Source: a virus
Taxonomy: Duplodnaviria > Caudoviricetes
Strand: one strand, 5' to 3'
Virus record (IMG/VR): IMGVR_UViG_3300022305_000835
Coordinates: 10,240 to 74,239 of that record
Length of the DNA stretch: 64,000 nt
Below, piece after piece: positions 8,458-18,600 of the stretch. The position numbers and the translations under genes are program-made. Below the pieces are notes generated by a model. That model was not told the DNA's origin, searched no databases, and was given only the letters and a program-made list of their open reading frames with translations. Position 1 is the stretch's first letter. The number at the start of each line of letters is the position of its first letter.

Positions 8458-8989
8458 GGTTATTGGACTTGATCCCTCCCTAAGAAATTGGGGAGTGGTT
8501 GTTGCTACACTAGATCAAGCCAATAATAAATTAACTGTTCAATCTGTTTCTGTTATCCAACCTGACTTATCAGGGCTAAACACTAAAAAGCAGAACCTAC
8601 TAGACTTAGCTGCATCAGCCTGGCTTTATTCTAATGTCCTTAACCTAATTACAGATGCCGATATTATTTGTGCTGAAATTCCTCAGGGAAGTCAATCAGC
8701 CAGAGCTTCAATGGCATCTGGAATTTGCTTGGGTGTATTAGGAAGTCTAGCCAATCAAGCAGATAGAGTCTTTGTTACTGTGTCCCCAAATGAAGTTAAA
8801 TTGGCTGGATATGGATCAAGGTTAGCGACTAAGAAACAAATGATTGAATGGGCTACAGCAAAACACCCAGAAGCTAAATGGCCAATGTATAAATACAATA
8901 GTCAACTGGTTATTAACGAAGGCAAAGCAGAACATATGTGTGATGCTCTAGCAGCAATATATGCTGGCCTTAAAAAACTGAAATTGTGA
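8441..8989 (+). CDS. ruvC: RuvC-like Holliday junction resolvase, N4 gp46-like
   Basis: VIGLDPSLRNWG, AEIPQGSQ, EHMCDALAA; in-frame GTG 8441 preferred over 8405. Confidence 0.8.
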   Translation: MSSLLKVIGLDPSLRNWGVVVATLDQANNKLTVQSVSVIQPDLSGLNTKKQNLLDLAASAWLYSNVLNLITDADIICAEIPQGSQSARASMASGICLGVLGSLANQADRVFVTVSPNEVKLAGYGSRLATKKQMIEWATAKHPEAKWPMYKYNSQLVINEGKAEHMCDALAAIYAGLKKLKL

Positions 8990-8999
8990 AGAGGTTTAT

Positions 9000-9230
9000 A
9001 TGAAAATAGGTATTGTAAATTCTCCCTGCCTTAACAAGATTGGGTGGACTCCGAATCCAAAGATTACTGCAATGATTGAAGCAGAGGAAATGGGAACAAG
9101 TATAGATGTAAGCGTAGGTCGTATATATGGACCTGAACATGGTGGTGGTCTAACTGAACGTCAGGCTGCAGATGAATATTTTAAAAACTCAAAATTAGAG
9201 GAACAAGCGAATGAAAATTCAATTAAATAA
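9000..9230 (+). CDS. hypothetical protein
   Basis: 76-aa ORF with upstream GAGG. Confidence 0.6.
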   Translation: MKIGIVNSPCLNKIGWTPNPKITAMIEAEEMGTSIDVSVGRIYGPEHGGGLTERQAADEYFKNSKLEEQANENSIK

Positions 9231-9471
9231 TAGTGAAATCTTATTAGCAATTCAAAAATATGTTGGTACTTTAGGCATCGACTTAACTGACAAAACCATC
9301 TCTATTGATTTTATTCAAAGACAGAAATTAGGATTAACTGCTGATGTCACTATTATAGATGAATCTGATTCAACTAGATTTATTGCAGGTGGTACTTTAG
9401 AAATTACTAATGTATTACCTACAACTCCTATTACTGACTTAACTGATGATACTCAAAGTATCTTTAGCTAA
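9211..9471 (+). CDS. hypothetical protein (N4-like conserved, MKIQLNNSEI...)
   Basis: 86-aa ORF overlapping the previous stop. Confidence 0.65.
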   Translation: MKIQLNNSEILLAIQKYVGTLGIDLTDKTISIDFIQRQKLGLTADVTIIDESDSTRFIAGGTLEITNVLPTTPITDLTDDTQSIFS

Positions 9472-9647
9472 TGTCTACTATTAAAACTGTTGGATATTTC
9501 ATTCTAGCCTGTGCATGTATTACAGCTTTCGTATTATTAGGCTCTATTGGTGCCATTATCGGTATGTTAGTGTTAGCCACTATAGGAGTGTCTTTTATAG
9601 CTGCTCTTATTAAAGAATACAGTGAATTAGATCGTAAGGAACCTTAG
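9471..9647 (+). CDS. small membrane protein
   Basis: Own translation MSTIKTVGYFILACACITAFVLLGSIGAIIGMLVLATIGVSFIAALIKEYSELDRKEP; long hydrophobic stretch. Confidence 0.65.
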   Translation: MSTIKTVGYFILACACITAFVLLGSIGAIIGMLVLATIGVSFIAALIKEYSELDRKEP

Positions 9648-9652
9648 TACCT

Positions 9653-9674
9653 TAGCCCCCTTAATTGGGGGCTA
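9653..9674. terminator. bidirectional terminator between convergent modules
   Basis: TAGCCCCC-TTAATT-GGGGGCTA followed by T-rich tract. Confidence 0.7.
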
Positions 9675-9684
9675 TTTATTGTAA

Positions 9685-12600
9685 TTATAAAACCGCTGCT
9701 AAAGCCTTCGTTGTTAATAGTTTATCATGTAAATTTAACCATTCTAATGCTCCATCCCTAAACGGCCAATTACCAATGTGGTCTATAAAAGAACTTTCTA
9801 TAAAGGTAGGACCTAAATTAATAAATTTATCAAATATAGCCATAGATAGCACTCTACCTGGTTGTTCTTTATATAATCGTGCCATTTCTCTTTGAATATA
9901 TAAGAAATATTTAGTAAACAAAGTAAATCCCATATCATCTGAATATTGCATCATTCGTTGCATTGGCATAGCGTATTGAACAAATGCATTATTTGCTCTA
10001 GCTACCGCATCTATATGCGACATAGGTTCCGCTTTAGTTGTTTGGAACTGATACATTGTATATCTAGCAACAAAATCCGACATTTGTGTAACATGTGCTA
10101 AAGCTTTATATGCCCCAGACTCTCTTGACATCATTAATGTCTTTAATGCATTTAATGCTGGTTCAGGGATATTTTTAGAAAGCTTATCAATGTGATCGTT
10201 AAGCAGGCTCTTATATTCATATTCTGTATCTGCATCTAAATCTTCCACAATCGTAGGTAATAATCCTACTTCAATTAATTTAGTAGTAGGATTTCTTTCA
10301 ATAGCATCCTCTAATATATTAATTTGTTTTTGTATTGCTGGAGAGTCGTATCCAAGTTTTACTTGTAAAAGTAATCCATCTAATTCTTCTTTATCTTTTA
10401 GATATTGAGTGGCACCTTTAAATGCTACTAATGAATAATGAGCAATATTTTTTAATGGAATACCTTCAAGAACAAGCCTAGATACGTTACTAAATATGTT
10501 ACCCACCAATACTGAACCAGATACAACAACAATCTTATCCTTTAAATCAGATACAACTTCTTGCCATACTCCTTCAGCCTTAGTTACTAGCATAGCTGCA
10601 CGTCTTGCATAGCGTTTAGCTTCATCAGGTGATTTACCCCGTGCCTTAGCACTAAGTTCTAGCATTTCTTCAATAAACATTATTCCAATTTTCTGGATCT
10701 CAGATACTGATTTCATGTCTACCATTTTAGTAGATTTACCTGCTTCAGCTGCAAATGCCCGCTCTTTATTCAATCTATGAATTGGATCAGCCATAGACAC
10801 TTTACGGTACCCCAGGATCATATCAATTGAGTATTTACTTACCATAATGTGGTCTGACCCAAATATTTTTCTAGCACTAGCTTTAGTCTTATCTGGGAGT
10901 CTTGCCCACTGTTCACGGGATTCTTTATCTGTAGCGTTAGGCCCAACAAGAATAAACTCCGATAATTTATACGCAGGTGTTGATTGATATTCATCGAATA
11001 ATACAGTTAATACTTGTTCATTTTGTTGGACAGTATTTTGTTTACCCTGTAATGATCCAGCTAATGTACCTAATACCTTTTCAAAGCTATTTGTTCTTTG
11101 TAAGACATTATTTTTAGTGTTTTCTGACATCAGATAAGTCCAGTTTAATACTTGACCACCTGCATCAAAGATTGGAGCCATATAATTAACTTCAGGGTCT
11201 TTAGACATATCCCGAAAGTGATCTTTATTACTGTACCTTACTGGTTTAGTTTTAGCTCTATCGCTGTTCACTTTGGCATGTACAGCAGCATTCATCCGTC
11301 CTTCATTACTATCAATATCAATAGGACCTTTAATTAATTCATCATCTGCTTTCTTGTCCGAACCAAATTGAATTGCACCAGACACATAGGTACCTAAAGT
11401 ATCATATTTTAGGATGTAATAATGCTTGGCTGATTGATCTGGATCATGTGGGTCCCGTTTAATCTGGTCACCTTGAATATATCCAGCATCTATTAATACT
11501 TTGCTATCTTTTAAATTAGCAGCAATCAACTTAGTTCTTGGATTAAATATTTCATGTATGGAACCAAATGATGCTAATGCAGGATTAGAGTCATAAATAT
11601 ATTCCTTTTCTACATTCGCCATATGTTCATGGAATTTAAGTACAAATTCAATACCGTTTCCTTCTTCATCTGGTCTTTCATTTTCACCTTGTAATATACC
11701 TGCAACAGCTTGTTTATCATTTTCTGTTGTATATTTTAAGGCATATAAGGATGCAAGATTAGACACGATCGGCTCAACTTTATCTAATTGAGTTTGAGTC
11801 AATCTATTATTTCCTTCACCAAAACTATTGATGATTTGATATATATTAGTTTTTAACATCTCACTAGTGTTTTTACCTGTTGCAGCGTAATACCCCAGTT
11901 CATGTGCATTCTCAATAAATTGTGCTAATACAGCCGGATCAACTCCAGTTAATTGATTAGCTTCAGTCACTAGGTGTTGTTCAAGTTTAGAAGAGTCAGT
12001 CAACATTTCATGAAGGTCTTGTAGTGAATATGTACTCACTAGTGTATGTACATTAGTTTTCAGTAAGACTGCTGTAATAGCATTTTTCTGTGGAATAGTT
12101 AAATTCTTACCTTGATTTTTGAACGCTAATAACATGTTTTTAGCTACATGAGTCATCAATGTTTTTCTAATGTTATCGTTATGTGCAGTAGCTAATAACA
12201 ATAATTCAAAGAGTTCTTTTTGACCTTTAACATTATTAATTAAACCAGCAATTAAACCTAACTTACCATTATCTGCTAAATGCAGTACACCCAATGTATG
12301 TTCTAAGAAGGATTCAAATTTATGTCCTGCAGCAGTCTTAGCCAATGCCCCCATACCTTTAATCATCTTAAATCTGATCTTTTGGAAGCTATCTGAGTCC
12401 ACTAAATCTACTACAGTTTTATTAACATACTTTTCAGTAAATTTATTGATACCTGCTTCAATAGTCCTCATACCAGAGTCCTGGTATTTCTGGTTTCGTT
12501 TAATAACTTGGACCTGTTTTAATTCAAGTTTAACCAGCTGAGTTACTAATGCTTCAAGTCTTTTACCTGATACTCGTGATTGAATAGGCGAACCAGATGA

Positions 12601-15600
12601 ATCAGACCACGAATGAATATAGGATAAAATATCTTCAAAGAATCCCTGTAATTTCTGAGCCCATGTTTTTGTTTCTTTGCTCTTTGTGCTTTCTGTGTGT
12701 TGCTCAAGGAGGGCGTTGATGCCTGGGTTAGTTAGACCTAATGCTACAAATCTAGCTAAGTAATCCGAGCGTTTACTAGATACATTCGATGTTTTAAATA
12801 CTAAATCATATAATGATTGGGCTTCAGCTTGTGTAGTTGTCCCAAAGGTAGAGCCAAGAAAATCGGAGACAGTAATGGTCTTAAATACTGAGGTATATAG
12901 AGCACTTAATTCCCCATATGGTTTAAAAGTATGTATCTCATTATCTGAATTTAGTTTAACTACCGTTGCATAGATCTGCTCCATTACAAATGCTTGTTTA
13001 TCATTCACAACTAAACCAGATGAAACTAACTCATTAGTTAATGGTGTTATGTTTTCTTTCCAAGAATTAGTTGCTGAAATATTGTCTTTAATTTGAGAAT
13101 GCAGTATGCCGAATGGACCATGCAATCTATCTACGATAGTGGTTAATAACCCCTTCAGGTGTTTATTAAAGTCACTAGAGATGTTATCTCCAGTAAGAGC
13201 ATCATAGGTATCTTCAGTAGTATAATTCTTAGCCTTCATAGAATGTGTCTGATTAGTACTAGTTGCTTCAGTATGAAATTCGTTAGCAATTCGAATAAGT
13301 GCTACAGATTCTCTAATTAAAGTCCCTAATCCTTTTGCTGTAGCAGCTGATTTGAATCCAAGCATCTGCGTTAAAGCATTAACAAATTTTTGGAACACAG
13401 TATCCCATATAGAGACTCCTTTTTTAATTCCTGGAGTATGAATTAATACCTCATTTTGGAACTCTTCATCCGATAGCCCATAAGCAATAAATTCATGTAC
13501 ATTTTTTAATGCTTCACTATATTTTGCTGCTGCCGGTTTATTAGTTAATTGAATTCGTGTAATTAGAGCCTTTAATGTGTTGTATGCGGCAACAGCTCTA
13601 GCATCTGTTAAATTACCTGTTTCTATTAGAGTGACGACTTTACTTAATGCAGCGTGGATAAATTCATGAAGTAATACAGTAGTTAAATCGGTGTGGCTTA
13701 ATAGATTTGGCTTTACAAGATAGATAGTTCTATTAGATCCTACTGACTCAAATTGTCCAACATCAGTCTGATTCATTCCGCGTTCTTTTAAGTCTTTTTC
13801 AGTATTCAAAAGGACAATTTTAACATCAGATACTAGGTGTTCAATTCGTGCAAGGATAGAAGACTTAAATAGTCCTTGTGAACCTTGCTGTAATACTGAC
13901 CGCAACGCTATTATCACATCTGATGTATCTATTTGCTGATTACCTTTTTCATCCTCTCTCAGGATTGAATCCAATAGGAAAGACTGTTCCTTAGACATAC
14001 CTAAAGTAGTAAGTGCAGTTTTAACAGGTGCTGATATGTTGGGGTGTTTAGACGCATTATCCAACAATTCTTGAAGCTTATCTCTATCTTCCCCTGTAGG
14101 TACATACTCACTTCCTTTAAGGGAATACTGATTAAGTGCGCCTACTTGTAATAATGCCCCTAATTTAATTTGATCTGCTTTAGTAGCTAAGGTATTCAAC
14201 GATGTAAATATTTCAGAAACATTTCCATACCCTTTACTTGTAATAATCTTATTAATTGCAATTAGCGTATCAGGGTTTAAGTCTAATGAAGATAATCCAA
14301 TAAACATCCGTTCAGTTGTATTATATAATTCTCGTATAGGGGAATATCTAGCTGTCACTTCAAAGAATGCTTCATTTAAATATTTAGTAGCTTCTTGTAA
14401 TGTAAGAGCACCAGAGATAATTGCATCAAACACGTTAATAGCTATAATCTTATTTGCTCTCATTTTTGTTAGAGCTAAGTTCATAATAGCTGCTTCTGTT
14501 GAATGGGTAACCCTAGAAACACCCCCAATACCTAATGATTCGTATTTCGAAACCATAGGTGAAAATCTTCCTACCTTTCCTTCCTTGAATTGATCTCGCC
14601 CTTCCATTTGTTGGATAGGGTCAGTTATTACCTCAAATTTTGCATTTGAATCGTCAGAAGGTTTGTTCTGTTGTTTAGCTAATACAATACCTGCTTCTAT
14701 ATTATTGGGATTTTGTGATGACATATCCGAATGAAGCATAGGCATGATTCCTGCCTTTAATAGTAGAGCATCAACAGTTTCTATAGCTTCTTTAGAGATT
14801 GACTCTAATGGTTGATATTTCTTTCCAACTGTATCTTCTAAAGAGCCTGAATATTGAGAAGGTATTCCGACTATTCCACCTGATTCAAGAAACATTTGAA
14901 CTCTTTTTTCAGTCTCTTTTTTAATCATTTCTTCTCTAATGAGTTGAAAGATTTCACCGTTGACTTGGACAGCCTTATTAAACTCAGCAGCTTTCTCGAT
15001 AAAGATATCAAATGTATCAGTTAACGCTCCTGCAATAGCATCACCTACAAGAGCTGTATGTGTACGCATGATTGCATCATTTACATCCTCAGTAAATATA
15101 GATTGATCTATATATACATCTTTGTTTAGTTGTTTCCAACCCATTAAGGTTAACCCAGATGTATTGGGTGGAATAGTTTTGGTCTGATCATGAAAATTAA
15201 TAAGCTTATTCAGGTACCCAATAATGTTTTGTTTAGCCTTCTCACTATATTTCTCACTGGTTTCATCTATTAATCCATCTTGATAAGACTTAGATATAAA
15301 CTGTTTTACTTCTTTTAGGAATACATCTGCTGCTTCTGCCGTAGCTGTAGGTATAGAACTACCAAAGAACAACATAAGAATAGGCTCTTTAACCATCTCA
15401 CGCATAATACTAGATGGACCGCCTTCATCTGTTTTAAGTTGTGTAGTGAAATGTTGGATAGCTGCTAAAGCCTTTCTAACAGTAAGTGCTTCAATAGTTT
15501 TATTTTCACCATACTCTTTATATGTTAAATTCTGTTTTGACTGCTGTGTAAGAGTTTCAATTACACTTCTAGCAATTGTCATATATACATCATCAAATTT

Positions 15601-18600
15601 TAAAGCTTCTTTAGCGTCATCAAAAAATGTGTGTCCATCTGCTTTAGTATATATTCCATATTTTTTAGCGAACTCTAAAAGTGTAGCGGTATCGTTATGT
15701 GTTCCAAATAAGAATGAAGTAATTGCTACACCATTAGTTTTACCATCAGCTTCAGCAGAAATAGTAGAAACAAATGAAGGTTCTCCTCTACTTTCAGCTA
15801 ACTGTCGTTGAGCTAACGCCATTAAACCAGAATAGGCATGCATATTTGTGCCTACAGATTGCACTGCTTCTACAACTATTTTTTGATCTTCTAAAGGTAT
15901 GTCACTATTAACTCCCTTATCTAAGGAGCTAACTAAAATATTTACAGCCCTTTGTAAAATAGAGTTAGGACTGTTTAGTTTCTCATATAATTCTTTTGTA
16001 GTTTTTAAATCAAATGCAGTAGCAACAGCCAAGTCAAATTGTTCTATTGCATTAATATCAGTAAATTTGATTTCAGATTTCCAAGATTCATTGGTAATAA
16101 ACCAGCGCACAAATTTATCAGCTTGAGGGTTAACAATCTGATTAACAATACCATTTCGTTGCTGTTTATACATTTCACGTAGGAAATACACTTGAATAGC
16201 TTCTAGTGACACTTCTCCATCAAGAAACCCAAAGAAATTGTCAATATGCATCTTAATAGAATTATTTTGAGCAATGGCTGCTTTTTCTAAATCAGAGTGA
16301 AGTAATACACGATTCGGGTTTGTTGGGTCTGATGTAGGTACTATTCCTGCCATTGATTCAATGTTATCCCTATCAAACAATCTAAATATTGTGATAGCCT
16401 TAGAATCAACAATATAAGGTGTTTTAGCTTCAGCTTCTAATGTTGGTGTTAATACTTCAGGCACTTTAGACGTTGGAGTGTATGAAGCTGGTTTAGTATG
16501 TACTGTGTCAGCTTCTCTTTGAATATCAAAAAATGAAACAATAAATCGACCAGAATCCATACTATCTTGAAGTATTGAATTTGGTTCAGTATTTAATCCC
16601 ATACTTGATTGCTTTAACGAAATGAATCGATGAATTTTTTCTTTATCCTTGTCAATTAATGCTTTAGTTGTAATTTTATAGTAATTTTTATTGGTTTTAA
16701 TATTTATGTCATATTCAGACATAGATGATTCTTGGATATACCCTAAATCATTCATAACAGCGATAGCTCTTGCGCCTAATGCAGATCTTAATGAATTTAG
16801 ATGATTACGTGATGTAGTAAGGCTAGAGTCTTCTAATCCTAGTAAATCAGTGATGGTTTTACCAATAGAGTGTGCTGTACGATCTCTCGTACTTACAGCG
16901 TATGGAAACAGATTTCGCAATGAATTAGGTACAACATCTTTACCCCTACCTAATACTTTGTTAATTGCTTTATTTGTAGGATGCATTGAAGATATCCCCA
17001 ATATTTCACTATAGACTGCAGCTGTAAAAGCAGTAGCAGTATTCTCATCCATAGTAACCATACCAGATGAATCTACATGAAAAATATCCAATGAATAGTC
17101 TCTAGGAAGATCTTTTGCATTTCTAAGTCCTTTTTTAGATCCTCTTTTAGATCCTATTTGTACATCATGGATAATGGATCCATTGACATTCTTTAGTCCT
17201 ATACGATTAAGGTGTTCTTCTAATTTACCTTTGATTGCAGGCATTAGATGTTCCTTGAATTTGTTGAATGAATCAATCTGTGTTTCAGTAATATCCTCTA
17301 TTTTAGCTGCTTCAGTAATGTGTCTTGGGGTTGTAATTGACTTCAATGCGTCTACAACAGTATTTAAAAGGCGAGTACCGAACTTTTGTTTAACATGATC
17401 GCTAGTTCTATTTCTTTGACGTAAATCTGTAGTATTTTCATTTCTACGATTACCTAGAGTTAAGCCTGTAATCTCAGCTGATTGATTATTTTCTCTTTCA
17501 ATTCTATGTGTTTCTTCTAATGCAGCCATCTGTTTTTCAAAATCTGCTGGCTGTGCTTGAACAAGTGCTTCAAGTTCTCCTTGCTGTCTTTGATTCAACT
17601 CATCCATAGGAATTAGCTTATCCTTACTCTTTGGTTTAGCTTCTTTCTGTGTATTCAGTGTAGCAGGTGTAACTGGTTCTGTTATTGTAGGAGAAGGTGT
17701 TTGTGTAGCTGCTACAACAGGTGCTTCTACTATCTGTTGTGTAGGTGCACTAGTATTACTCCCTTCATCAATTACTGTTGATTCAGTAGCTGTAGGTGCA
17801 GGCTGTATAGTAAATTCAGATGATGTATTACTAACAATAGACTCTTCATTAGCTGACTGAGCATCAATTGAATCATCATACTGTATGTTATCTTGTGTTG
17901 GTGTAGTGGGTGATTTACTAGGTGTAAGCATTTTAGTAGTTGCTGCATGAAATTCAGCAACATCTGTAGCATCTTTACTGATCTGATCTACTAAGCTTAA
18001 TCCAGTTGATTTATCCTTCTGTAAGGTCTTACCATAAATTACTAATGCCCCTAGAGCTTTATAGTCTATATTTGGGTTATACTCTTGACGTTCCCATTTA
18101 GTGTTGTCTGTGGCATCTCTTGCAAGCACAATTGGTGTTACATTCTCTTCTGCTGTAGATTTAGCTGTATGATGTAATGTTGAATCATCGTATGAAACTC
18201 CAGTAGGTAAATACTTAGTCACTTTAGCTATATACTCTGCTGCTGCTTCTTGAACTGCAATATTTTTAGCTCTAAGCCCTTTATCCCAGTTAGCAAGTTG
18301 AGGTTTTAAAGTATCAATAGTTTCACGGTTACCTGTTTCTACAGCTTTAGTAAAAGCATTGTAATACGCTGGCATACTCCAATGTTTATCCATTCCTGTT
18401 CGAATATTGTCATTAACTTCGTCCATAGTTTGATTTCTCATGGATAACTTTAATGATCGTAATGTTCCAACTTCTTGATCAGTAAAATAGCCACTACCTA
18501 AATCCTCTTGAGCTTTTGTATTCAGATTATCAATTAGATCTAACGTCTTAGTATCAAATCGTTTCTTCATTGCATGCCGCATGATTTCTGGCACAGCTGT

